A DNA stretch of 64,000 bases, from positions 1,327 to 65,326 of the forward strand of contig JBHPGJ010000006.1 in NCBI GenBank assembly GCA_042570545.1, read 5' to 3'. The position numbers and the translations under genes were made by a program. Origin of the DNA: Patescibacteria group bacterium (GTDB taxonomy: Bacteria; Patescibacteriota; Patescibacteriia; JBHPGJ01). Position 1 is the first letter of the stretch. The number at the start of each line of letters is the position of its first letter. This document shows positions 9,692 through 18,093 of the stretch, in pieces. Below the pieces are notes generated by a model. That model was not told the origin of the DNA. It searched no databases and saw only the letters and a list, made by a program, of their open reading frames with translations.

Positions 9692-11218
9692 CTACCGCAT
9701 ACTTTTCATCAGTTCGGCTTCTTCTGTACTGACGGGCAAATTCTCTGGTAATGGGGCCAAATCGATGCCAAAATGCTTTCGTCGCAAGTCAGCATAGTCC
9801 TGAGCCCTGTCCAGACGAACTATTCCTACACCGCCAGACATGGGATGGATTCCCCGTTTAGCCGAGCCGTAAGAAAATCGACTAAAAGCATCAACGGCAG
9901 TGCGATTGAACGGAGACATACGCTCCCAGGCCGGTTTAGCAACACGAGCCGCTACCAGCTGTGGATCGTAGTATTCCCGATAGCACTGAAACAGCAGCTG
10001 CTGTAAATCATCCCGCGATAGATTCTCATGCTGCCAGACCAAAGTTGTCGCATCGAACCGATCTAGATTCTCATCATCAATCAGCCCTTCCGCCAAAAAA
10101 CGATTATACAGCACCGTTCCTGGGAATGGAGACAGAATGTAGAACCAGGCAATCATCGGATTTAGCTCAATCAGTTGGCGTAGATGTTCGCGAACATCGG
10201 CTGCTGTCTGACCGGGGAAACCAATGATATTGCTGAAATGGGCTGCTATCCCGTATTGCTCGCACAGTCTCACGATCTTGGCATAGACTTCGGGCCGGTT
10301 ATGGGTCTTTCTCCTTTCTTTCAGAGTTTTAGTGTCAAACGATTCAGCACCAACAAACATGTCGAAACAGCCAGCCCGACCAAGCAGCTCAAAGAGCTCT
10401 TCGTCGTGATGAACCTGAGCGTCACACTCCACAAAGTACTCCAATCCAAGATCTTCAGCGATGATCGCTCTGAGTAGATCATGCACTCCCGGGATCTTGT
10501 TCAAGTTGTCAGAGGTGAGCATTATCATCTTCACTCCAGATTGCTTAGCCGCCCGGAGACTAGCTAGTGTCACTTCGATCGCTTCGCTTCTGATGATCCT
10601 GCCAGCAACCTCGGTGACCGAGCAAAAATCGCAGATCTGAGTACAACCCCGCGCCGGATATACGCCCATAAAGGGAAAGGCATAGTGACGCATCTCCTCT
10701 TGGCTGGGTGGCAGTAGGGGCTTAGTTACCAGCTTGTGTTGCCAGCGCTGGCCAGCTCCATAGACCGGCTGTACTTCTCCAGCTAAGGCATCTTCAAGTA
10801 TGGTTTCCCACACAACTTCTGCCTCGGACAGAGAAAAGGCCATACCCGGTCTCTGGAATTGCTCGGTTACACAGGTCATTGGGTGCGGACCACCCATGAC
10901 CACATTTCGAACTCCTCGTGAATGAGCCAGGGCCGCTAGATCAAGGGCCCGATGGAATTGGTGTGATTGAACACCTACCAGGGCCAGTAGCGAACACGTT
11001 TCCGGTCTCAACAATTCAAGATAGTTGAGGTTTGTCTGAACATACTCATCCACTAAGTGGACAGTAACAGGGACATCACCGATTTTTGCTGGCGTTATAC
11101 ATTCTATTTGACGCTGAGTAGCATTAGGCATGAAGCCACGGCGGAATCTCTCCACCGCGCCATCAGGCCCATATTTACTGGGTTTTAACAAAACAACCCG
11201 TAAAGCGGTGGGAGACAT
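9692..11218 (-). CDS. B12-binding-domain radical SAM protein
   Basis: MGGPHP, RGCTQICDFC (CxxxCxxC), VGAES, IIGFPG, PFPGT motifs. Confidence 0.85.
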   Translation of the reverse strand: MSPTALRVVLLKPSKYGPDGAVERFRRGFMPNATQRQIECITPAKIGDVPVTVHLVDEYVQTNLNYLELLRPETCSLLALVGVQSHQFHRALDLAALAHSRGVRNVVMGGPHPMTCVTEQFQRPGMAFSLSEAEVVWETILEDALAGEVQPVYGAGQRWQHKLVTKPLLPPSQEEMRHYAFPFMGVYPARGCTQICDFCSVTEVAGRIIRSEAIEVTLASLRAAKQSGVKMIMLTSDNLNKIPGVHDLLRAIIAEDLGLEYFVECDAQVHHDEELFELLGRAGCFDMFVGAESFDTKTLKERRKTHNRPEVYAKIVRLCEQYGIAAHFSNIIGFPGQTAADVREHLRQLIELNPMIAWFYILSPFPGTVLYNRFLAEGLIDDENLDRFDATTLVWQHENLSRDDLQQLLFQCYREYYDPQLVAARVAKPAWERMSPFNRTAVDAFSRFSYGSAKRGIHPMSGGVGIVRLDRAQDYADLRRKHFGIDLAPLPENLPVSTEEAELMKSMR

Positions 11219-11337
11219 AATGATTCCTTTCGTGAACAGTTATAAAGGACTGTTTGATCTACATCAAACTTATTCTCATCCTATTCCGAATTAATAATTG
11301 AGTCAATAATTGGGATTATTAGCCCGTTAAAAGCCCC

Positions 11338-12408
11338 CTATCGTGTCCAGGATTCTATATTTGGATAGACAGACGGACAGGCTCCAGCGCCAGTAGCCAC
11401 ATCCAGCTGATTTTCATTGACCAGCTTGGCATAGGCCCAGTTATCGTTATAAGCAATACATTGCTCATCACCCGTTTTCATGTCTTCGGGTTTCAATATA
11501 TTATCGTAATCTCTTACTGAAAAATCACGCGCGCCATCCTGCCTAATCGCCAGCCCGACAAAACTAGTATAAGTGCCAAAGGTTAGCCAGCGGCCATTGG
11601 TATCGGTATCATTATCTTGGAACCAACCACCAGCTGCTGTCCCAGCAACGTCATAACTAGGATTGCCACAATTGCCATCATCAGCATTGGGCTGCCGCAA
11701 TTTGGAGTAATAAAAAGACTTAAGCTCATCAGTGTAATAATCATACGGACAGTCAGCGACCGTATTTTGGTCCCAATTCCATCTAGCCGGATTTATGTAA
11801 CTGGCCAGCTTAGCGGTATTTAATAAAAGAAAATCATATGTTCTGGCTAATTCAGTGCCATCAGTATAACCGATCAACTCGCCAGCCTTTACCGATATAG
11901 AGACATATTCAGCTACCGCTGAACTTTCTGAAGGTTCTGTGGGCGCGTACTGAAATATGTCATCACTGACTCTGTCTAGGTGATCCAACAAGAACGTCAC
12001 TTCACAACTGGCACGAAACCATAGACCATACTCTCCATAGTCTACGTCAGGGCCACGTTTGGCATATACAATCGCCTCAAGTGTCGCATCAGTGGGAGCA
12101 TATACTTCTGTTTGACTACCTTCGGCAACACCAATATAACTTCTACCGTGAGAGCCACCATCAATGGCGCCAATTGGACCAATTTCATTTATCTTATCGT
12201 TTTCCATAAAGGCACTAGTAAAAACAGGATCGGGATTGCTGACACAGCCTGAATTAATTACTTTGTCTTCAATATTACCATTACTAGCTTGCTCCGCTTG
12301 CCCTTGCTCAAACGATAAAGCGTCAGGCTTCGAAGATTCTGGTCTAAATAAAAAATAACCAGCAACTATAATGATGATTATGGTTGTAGCAATAAATAAA
12401 ATTTTCAT
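11338..12408 (-). CDS. membrane-anchored secreted protein, degenerate M23-like beta fold (tentative)
   Basis: N-terminal TM; VYAP...VKAGELIG pattern without the HxH zinc motif; several Cys. Confidence 0.6.
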   Translation of the reverse strand: MKILFIATTIIIIIVAGYFLFRPESSKPDALSFEQGQAEQASNGNIEDKVINSGCVSNPDPVFTSAFMENDKINEIGPIGAIDGGSHGRSYIGVAEGSQTEVYAPTDATLEAIVYAKRGPDVDYGEYGLWFRASCEVTFLLDHLDRVSDDIFQYAPTEPSESSAVAEYVSISVKAGELIGYTDGTELARTYDFLLLNTAKLASYINPARWNWDQNTVADCPYDYYTDELKSFYYSKLRQPNADDGNCGNPSYDVAGTAAGGWFQDNDTDTNGRWLTFGTYTSFVGLAIRQDGARDFSVRDYDNILKPEDMKTGDEQCIAYNDNWAYAKLVNENQLDVATGAGACPSVYPNIESWTR

Positions 12409-12458
12409 AATTTAAGTATACCAAATTAGTTTATCTGAGCCATCTATTTCTGAATAAA

Positions 12459-12490
12459 ATAAAACCGACTTCCTCGCAAAAAGAAGTCGG
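12459..12490 (-). terminator. intrinsic terminator
   Basis: ccgacttc/gaagtcgg stem with A run (U tract on -). Confidence 0.65.
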
Positions 12491-12493
12491 CAA

Positions 12494-13546
12494 CTACACA
12501 CTTTTCATCAGTGGCGTCGGAGCTTCGCTGACCAGACAGCGAATACCGGCGTATTTCCAGACCGGAAAGTAACGGATTGGTACTGGTGTCGTGACTACTT
12601 TATCAGCACCGACGATATCGCCGACTAACATCTCCGTTGCCGGATCACCGCTGGTCATCAGTACACGTCCATCGGGAAATTGCACAAGATTCAGCGAATA
12701 GGGAACGGCCAAGCTGTCCGGAGCATGATCGACGATTCCTAACGGGCGCAATCTCTGACGAAGCAGTACGACTGATTCGAACTCCGGCAGTGCGTACCAA
12801 CAAGGAGTCTTGCTTCTCCCGCGCCACTGGATTACGCAGCAGTGCGGATCAGCAATATGGTGCAATCTGCCATCACGGCCACGCAGGAGACAACCGACAC
12901 GGTCAATGTGATCATTGAAGCGTGGCCGATTATCGATGACCTCAGCCGTATACGTCCCCACAACCGGTGACGGATAGAATGCAACATTCAGCTGGTTAAT
13001 CAAGTCTTCGCTAGCTTTAGCTGCACTAACTGAATGTCCTCCCGTTTCCACAATCCTTTCCGATACCAGTACACTTTTACCAGAGTGCAGCACCCTGCCG
13101 CCAATGCCCCAAGGTGAAGAAAATATACGGTAACCGTCTTTTTCCTCGACCAGCAATTCAGCGATCTCCGGATTCACAAGCAACAAATTCGGCAAAACTG
13201 TTGCGAAATCACGCGGGTAAGCTACTGAAGGCGGAAAAAAGCCTTTATCAAACCCGGCCAGCCGGCAGTCTAGTGCTTCAACACAGGCGCCGAGAACTGT
13301 CTTGTCAGCACTATCGGGATGAGAATAAACAATACGAAAGTCAATTCCCATCGACTTCAAGGTATAGATGATCGCCAGGTATTCCTCTTGCAATTTTTTG
13401 AGAACCGTTTGCTTATCCTGCGTTTCCCTCAAAACTGTTTGACAAAGAGCGAGCTGTCCGTATGGAGCCCTAAAACTTTTTCTTGCTTGTTCTTCAGTCT
13501 CCAACAAAGGCTCGCCAACTAAATACAACTGTTCCATCGGTCTCAC
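12494..13546 (-). CDS. pentein-fold protein (amidinotransferase/deiminase superfamily)
   Basis: YPRD, DHIDR and C-terminal GIRCL catalytic-type motifs; AAGGAGGTGA SD. Confidence 0.65.
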   Translation of the reverse strand: MRPMEQLYLVGEPLLETEEQARKSFRAPYGQLALCQTVLRETQDKQTVLKKLQEEYLAIIYTLKSMGIDFRIVYSHPDSADKTVLGACVEALDCRLAGFDKGFFPPSVAYPRDFATVLPNLLLVNPEIAELLVEEKDGYRIFSSPWGIGGRVLHSGKSVLVSERIVETGGHSVSAAKASEDLINQLNVAFYPSPVVGTYTAEVIDNRPRFNDHIDRVGCLLRGRDGRLHHIADPHCCVIQWRGRSKTPCWYALPEFESVVLLRQRLRPLGIVDHAPDSLAVPYSLNLVQFPDGRVLMTSGDPATEMLVGDIVGADKVVTTPVPIRYFPVWKYAGIRCLVSEAPTPLMKSV

Positions 13547-13621
13547 CTCCTTAGTCCGAGAACGATAAGACGTTATAGTATTTTGGTGATTACGTCAAGG
13601 GAAAAAGTATTTAGTTATGTA

Positions 13622-14026
13622 TTAGGATACTTCTCGAAAACCTATAGCCGTCAGTACTTTGGTGGCCTTTTTTGTCTGATCTTGTCTCACTAAAATATAA
13701 TCTTTTGAATATGTTGAGACAATGAGAATATCCATATTCTGTTTAGCGATAGCCGAGCTGACCGTAGCCAAAAGTCCAACACTATAAAAAGGCATGCTCA
13801 CATTCAGGGCTATCAATGTATAATCGTCTTTATTCCGCTCTATTAGATCAAGTTCTTTTAGCTTCTCCGCCAGGGTCACCACCGTTATTTCATCATTATC
13901 TTGAGTGACTAAAAAATGTTCACCATTTTGCGGAAGCGTGCGCACTTTTGCGTATACATAAGCTCCTTCACTTACAGTGAAGGAGCTTTGTGAAATTATT
14001 TTTTGCAGTTCACTATCTGAATCCAT
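13622..14026 (-). CDS. ACT domain protein (ACT_7/CASTOR-like)
   Basis: DEITVV, SVGLLATVSSAIA, VSTYSKDYILV motifs. Confidence 0.8.
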   Translation of the reverse strand: MDSDSELQKIISQSSFTVSEGAYVYAKVRTLPQNGEHFLVTQDNDEITVVTLAEKLKELDLIERNKDDYTLIALNVSMPFYSVGLLATVSSAIAKQNMDILIVSTYSKDYILVRQDQTKKATKVLTAIGFREVS

Positions 14027-14043
14027 AATCTAATTCTTTGTGA

Positions 14044-14658
14044 TTAATCACAAAGTATACCGGTATGATTTTCAATTTTTCCGTCATTCAGCTCATACCA
14101 CCAGTCACACTCTCTTAGCGGATACTCAGCACAGCTGCCGACAAAATCTGTGCCAACGATTATATCTTCAAAACCCTCTCTATCTGTAAAGGTATTATCT
14201 ACATATTCTGTACCAACTATACATTTCCCGGCACATTGATCAGAGTTTGAACACTCACTGCCGACGTCAGTATATGGGAAATCACAGTAGTGATCATACG
14301 ACGGCATACAAAGACCATAACAGGTCCATTCGCCGTCTTGATTTTCACAAGATTTTTTATAATCATTATCTACCTGCCGAAACATCTCCCAGTCGTCATT
14401 AAAGTTGCCAATATAATCATCGGGAACGAGTTTACACTGCCAGCCATTTTCATTGTTATTACACAGCTCTTCATCAGGCAATTGTCGGGTTTGAATATTG
14501 GTATTTAAATTTACTGAGACATTTGTATTTATACTTTGGGTATTAACATTTTGCGTATTTGTATTATTGGAAATTTCTTCCTGATTATAAATAACCACAA
14601 AAACAACGGCACCTACGGCTACTACAAATATTATTATTAGCGATGATTTCAACCCCAT
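14044..14658 (-). CDS. membrane-anchored Cys-rich protein with N/T-rich linker
   Basis: TM, NTNTQNVNTQSINTN linker, many Cys. Confidence 0.75.
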   Translation of the reverse strand: MGLKSSLIIIFVVAVGAVVFVVIYNQEEISNNTNTQNVNTQSINTNVSVNLNTNIQTRQLPDEELCNNNENGWQCKLVPDDYIGNFNDDWEMFRQVDNDYKKSCENQDGEWTCYGLCMPSYDHYCDFPYTDVGSECSNSDQCAGKCIVGTEYVDNTFTDREGFEDIIVGTDFVGSCAEYPLRECDWWYELNDGKIENHTGILCD

Positions 14659-14696
14659 ATCATTAAAATATCATAATATCACCGGATATTAAAGCC

Positions 14697-14727
14697 TAGC
14701 TTCCGTGGGCGTTTTATTTTTGAACTT
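14697..14727. repeat. tRNA-3'-end-like repeat R3 (degenerate)
   Basis: tagcttccgtgggcgttttatttttgaactt; 25/31 identical to R2. Confidence 0.65.
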
Positions 14728-15328
14728 TTTTAGCAAGCAGTTTTAACCAACGAATTTTAAAATATTTCTTATCAACCGCTTTCAATACGGTAAAACCGTT
14801 CTCGATCAATACTTTTTGAAAATCATCTAATCCCCAATAGGAGAAAAATCTAGAATATGTATAGCCATAGTCTTTTTCGGTAACAACCTTCTCGCCTTGG
14901 CCCTGCTTAACAGCTATGTGAACAATCCCCTTGTCTTTTGTAACTCGTGAAATTTCCCGCAAGGCATTGGGCATGTCTTTTTTAGGAAAATGCAGTAATG
15001 AAGCTTTGGCAAAAACGCCATCGAATACCTGGTCTTCATATGGCAGCGAAAACAAATTACCTTGTATAAAATCCACTGTCGGATTTTCTTTCTTTGCTAT
15101 CTTTAACAATTCATCAGACAAATCTAGCCCAGCTACCTTTAATTCACCCTGAATTAATTTCTTAGTGTCTGTGCCCGGCCCGCAACCCAAATCAAGCACA
15201 TAGGCACCCTTAAATAGAGCTTCTATAAAATACTGAATAAAATCATCATCCCAAGTGTCGCTAAGATGATCGGCCTGATAGTCTTTAGCTATACGATCAT
15301 ATGTAGATCGTAACTCGTTTGATTTCAT
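14714..15328 (-). CDS. class I SAM-dependent methyltransferase
   Basis: VLDLGCGPG, GLDLS, LPYEDQVFDGV; ATG 6 nt after TGnTATAAT. Confidence 0.9.
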   Translation of the reverse strand: MKSNELRSTYDRIAKDYQADHLSDTWDDDFIQYFIEALFKGAYVLDLGCGPGTDTKKLIQGELKVAGLDLSDELLKIAKKENPTVDFIQGNLFSLPYEDQVFDGVFAKASLLHFPKKDMPNALREISRVTKDKGIVHIAVKQGQGEKVVTEKDYGYTYSRFFSYWGLDDFQKVLIENGFTVLKAVDKKYFKIRWLKLLAKKVQK

Positions 15329-15343
15329 CAATTAATTATAACA

Positions 15344-15374
15344 TGGCTCCCTTGGGCGGTTTATCTTCGAACTT
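15344..15374. repeat. tRNA-3'-end-like repeat R2
   Basis: tggctcccttgggcggtttatcttcgaactt; 28/31 identical to R1. Confidence 0.8.
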
Positions 15375-16069
15375 TACCCGCCCAACAAATATTCTTCCAA
15401 GACTTCCGTTTTACTTGAGTGGCAGACGGCATTGGTAGTAATTAGAGAGACTTTATCAATGATTAAATCCCCAATATCAATATCTTTTAACTTTTGTATT
15501 TCTCTCATGAAATCTTTACTTGGATTGCTTATATAACGACAAATGCTTACATTACCAAATATAACATTATCAGAAGCATACTTTTTATTATCCGGAACAC
15601 TAGATACTTTTAATTCAGCTCTAAGTTTCCTAGTTAGTGTCCCCAGCATTTTATCTGAATAACCACGTATCCCAAGACTTGTTGGCAATTCAAATAGCCC
15701 CTTCAGGGCAAATGTAAATGGTTTGAACCTGGGTATTATCTTTCGAAATACTGTCCTTGCTATCTCAATATCCTCATCATTAAAAAGAGGTGGATAGTTT
15801 ACAGTTCTGATGTTTTGTATCGTAAGATGCAGCGCGGCAGGTTCATAGTAGTATTGATTGCCATCAGCTTGCTGCAACGGCTCAATGATCTTCTTGACAA
15901 TTTGCTCTTGAAGATTTTCTGATAAAAAGATTACGCCAGTTAAACATATACGTTTATCATCAACATAATCATCAGTTGCTTCAACAACTGATGTTTGAGC
16001 AGAACCTTTTCTAAATTGATTTTCAAGCTCATCAAAAAGTTGTTCTTGTTTCTGCTGGTAAGTTTTCAT
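15374..16069 (-). CDS. 2H phosphoesterase-like protein
   Basis: First HxT motif (LHLTI); second motif degenerate (NVSI). Confidence 0.6.
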   Translation of the reverse strand: MKTYQQKQEQLFDELENQFRKGSAQTSVVEATDDYVDDKRICLTGVIFLSENLQEQIVKKIIEPLQQADGNQYYYEPAALHLTIQNIRTVNYPPLFNDEDIEIARTVFRKIIPRFKPFTFALKGLFELPTSLGIRGYSDKMLGTLTRKLRAELKVSSVPDNKKYASDNVIFGNVSICRYISNPSKDFMREIQKLKDIDIGDLIIDKVSLITTNAVCHSSKTEVLEEYLLGG

Positions 16070-16094
16070 ACTAGTATCTTAGCACAAAAGTTGT

Positions 16095-16126
16095 TGGCTC
16101 CCCTGGGCTGTTTATCTTCGAACCTG
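16095..16126. repeat. tRNA-3'-end-like repeat R1
   Basis: Reverse complement CAGGTTCGAA-GATAAACA-GCCC-AGG-GGAGCCA versus tRNA-Asn CAGGTTCGAA-TCCT-GCCC-CC-GGAGCCA. Confidence 0.8.
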
Positions 16127-16143
16127 GGCAAAGGAGTTCGACA

Positions 16144-16172
16144 TTGACAAACAGAGTGTTTCGTAGTAGACT
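16144..16172 (+). promoter_or_regulatory. sigma70-type promoter
   Basis: TTGACA-17 nt-TAGACT. Confidence 0.65.
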
Positions 16173-16252
16173 CCAATGTTCTTCTTTAAGAAGACACGGT
16201 ACCCCAGCCGTTCTGGGATTTCATCGGACAACCTTACAAGAGGGAGATTCTG

Positions 16253-16537
16253 ATGCGTAAGAAAATTGAACCTACCCGAGAAGTTACACGCGCTTGGCAG
16301 ACAGGCAAAGCCATGCTCAAGGAAGCGGGTGCAAACTTCTTCATCAATGGTGCCCAAGTCTTGGACATCGCTGAACGGAAACTCAAGGCAGCCAAATGGA
16401 GAAGGGCAGAGGAAGACTCTCGGATCCTTTTCCTTGAGGCTGTGATCCGCTATCACGGTCCCGACACCATCGTTGAGATCGTGGCTGGAGAGTTCACTCT
16501 CTTCAAACCAAGTAAGCCTCCCGTACCCCCTTCCTGA
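16253..16537 (+). CDS. hypothetical protein (orphan)
   Basis: AAGGGGAG SD, own promoter and terminator. Confidence 0.7.
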   Translation: MRKKIEPTREVTRAWQTGKAMLKEAGANFFINGAQVLDIAERKLKAAKWRRAEEDSRILFLEAVIRYHGPDTIVEIVAGEFTLFKPSKPPVPPS

Positions 16538-16557
16538 GTTCTAGCATGAGCCCAGGT

Positions 16558-16595
16558 GCCCCCACCACTGTTGAAGCGGTGGGGGCGTTTTTTTT
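16558..16595 (+). terminator. intrinsic terminator
   Basis: gcccccacc/ggtgggggc stem followed by T8. Confidence 0.8.
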
Positions 16596-16606
16596 AGAAA
16601 TGTAAA

Positions 16607-16682
16607 TGGCTCCGGGGGCAGGATTCGAACCTGCGATATCCGCGTTAACAGCGCGGCGTTGTACCAACTCAACTACCCCGGA
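16607..16682 (-). tRNA. tRNA-Asn(GTT), attenuator-preceded copy
   Basis: 76-nt cloverleaf, anticodon arm CCGCG-CTGTTAA-CGCGG, GTTCGAA T loop, encoded CCA. Confidence 0.95.
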
Positions 16683-16691
16683 ACGATAATC

Positions 16692-16748
16692 AAAAAACCC
16701 CGCCGAGCGGGGCTGTATCTTATGAGTTACACAGCAGACCTACCCGGC
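16692..16748 (-). promoter_or_regulatory. attenuator: terminator (16692-16714) and competing antiterminator (16702-16748)
   Basis: CCCCGC-UCG-GCGGGG-U6 terminator; alternative pairings GCCGGGU:GCUCGGC and GCUGUGU:AUACAGC. Confidence 0.8.
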
Positions 16749-16793
16749 TATTGGGTGGTTATTATTGTTATTATTATTGGCTGTGAATTTCAT
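16740..16793 (-). CDS. Asn-rich leader peptide MKFTANNNNNNNHPIAG (17 aa)
   Basis: ATG AAA TTC ACA GCC AAT AAT AAT AAC AAT AAT AAC CAC CCA ATA GCC GGG TAG, between promoter and terminator upstream of tRNA-Asn. Confidence 0.8.
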   Translation of the reverse strand: MKFTANNNNNNNHPIAG

Positions 16794-16802
16794 AGTAAAG
16801 GC

Positions 16803-16831
16803 ATCCTATATCAAAGTATCCAGTTTGTCAA
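16803..16831 (-). promoter_or_regulatory. sigma70-type promoter embedded in truB 3' end, driving leader and tRNA-Asn
   Basis: TTGACA (16831-16826)-17 nt-TAGGAT (16808-16803). Confidence 0.7.
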
Positions 16832-17489
16832 TTGGAATAATTTTTTTCTCGCTAAAATCATCTAAACCTATAGACTGATCAAGAGTAATTTTGCCAACTT
16901 TGGTCCTAACTAATTCTTCTAAATAGCCTCCGGTCTTAAGCTCTTCGCCAATATCCCGCGCTAAAGCTCTGATATATGTACCTGACGAACACTCTACCTC
17001 TATTGATAAGCGCGGCCATACGTATTTCTCTATGTGCAGACTATTGATCTCAACCTGATGAGTACCGAGATTAACGACCGTTCCTTGGCGTGCCAGTTTG
17101 TATGACTCAACACCACTTACTTTAGCAGCTGAATAAGTCGGAGGGGCTTGTTTTATACTGCCCTTAAATTTTTTTAAAGCTTGTGTCACATCGGACTTCT
17201 TGGGCGGAGTGACTAATTCCGATTCTGTGATCATACCTTCAGCGTCATCAGTTTCGCTAGTTGCCCCTAGGCGTATAATAGCCTGGTACGTTTTTTCGGT
17301 ATTCTCCGAAAATTTTCCGAGATGTTTAGTAGCTTCTCGCCCAATCCCAATAACTAAAATTCCTGTCGCCATCGGATCCAGGGTCCCTCCGTGTCCCACT
17401 CTTTTTTCACTCGCCAACTGTCTTACTTTATTAACGACGTCGTGAGAGGTTATTCCCTTTGGTTTATTTATTACAATAAAGCCGGTCAT
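16806..17489 (-). CDS. truB: tRNA pseudouridine(55) synthase
   Basis: KPKGITSHD, VGHGGTLDPMATG, SSGTYIRAL. Confidence 0.97.
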   Translation of the reverse strand: MTGFIVINKPKGITSHDVVNKVRQLASEKRVGHGGTLDPMATGILVIGIGREATKHLGKFSENTEKTYQAIIRLGATSETDDAEGMITESELVTPPKKSDVTQALKKFKGSIKQAPPTYSAAKVSGVESYKLARQGTVVNLGTHQVEINSLHIEKYVWPRLSIEVECSSGTYIRALARDIGEELKTGGYLEELVRTKVGKITLDQSIGLDDFSEKKIIPIDKLDTLI

Positions 17490-17496
17490 CTATTAG

Positions 17497-18093
17497 CTAA
17501 AACCCTAGTTCAAAATCAAGCTGAAGCTGCTCTCCCTGAGTAATAGTTGCTTCCTGACAACTTAAAATCGTTATACCACTAACAGTGACACCGTCTATCT
17601 CAGTAAACGGATCGGCTACACACACCACGTAGTCATCAGGAATAAGTACATAATAATATTCACCTAAATTATTTAGCCCCACTGACTCAAAACCAGCTTC
17701 TTCAATATTCTTATCAGTTAGGATACTACTTGGTGCTATTAATGGCCGCCCGGTTTCTTGGCCCAAAAAATTCAGCGTGGCGATAGCTTGATCCATTGTC
17801 AGTATCGCTACTACACCATCTGTATAGATTGTGTCAGGGATGCTCCCCACATCGCTAAGAATAAATACCTGGCCGGTGACGGCCGTAACACCGCTGGTAT
17901 TAACATTATTATTGTTAACATTAACCGTTGCAGTTGTATTAGTGTTACCGGTGGTATTAGCAACGACTGAATTACTATTCTCAGAGTCTGAATTGACCAG
18001 GTATACGATAGCAATAAAAATAAATATAACAACAACGACAATTATTGACACAAATATTATTGAGTTTGAGTTATTATTATTGTCTTCCGGCAT
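17497..18093 (-). CDS. membrane-anchored protein with N/T-rich linker
   Basis: MPEDNNNNSNS, TM helix, NTTGNTNTTATVNVNNNNVNTS. Confidence 0.75.
   Translation of the reverse strand: MPEDNNNNSNSIIFVSIIVVVVIFIFIAIVYLVNSDSENSNSVVANTTGNTNTTATVNVNNNNVNTSGVTAVTGQVFILSDVGSIPDTIYTDGVVAILTMDQAIATLNFLGQETGRPLIAPSSILTDKNIEEAGFESVGLNNLGEYYYVLIPDDYVVCVADPFTEIDGVTVSGITILSCQEATITQGEQLQLDFELGF

Noticed and set aside
14697-16126. CRISPR array or classical integron attC sites
   Set aside because: The spacers are whole genes of 600-750 bp; no cas or intI gene; no RYYYAAC/GTTRRRY attC palindromes.
16112-16456. - strand 114-aa ORF
   Set aside because: Overlaps the + gene that has a promoter, SD and terminator.
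16758-16778. (ATT/GTT)n tract as a mere microsatellite
   Set aside because: It mixes AAT and AAC codons in frame within an ATG-TAG ORF, precisely placed between a promoter and a terminator before tRNA-Asn; a leader peptide explains it better.
16659-16865. + strand 68-aa ORF
   Set aside because: Antisense to the tRNA, attenuator and truB; its hydrophobic run is the complement of the Asn codons.
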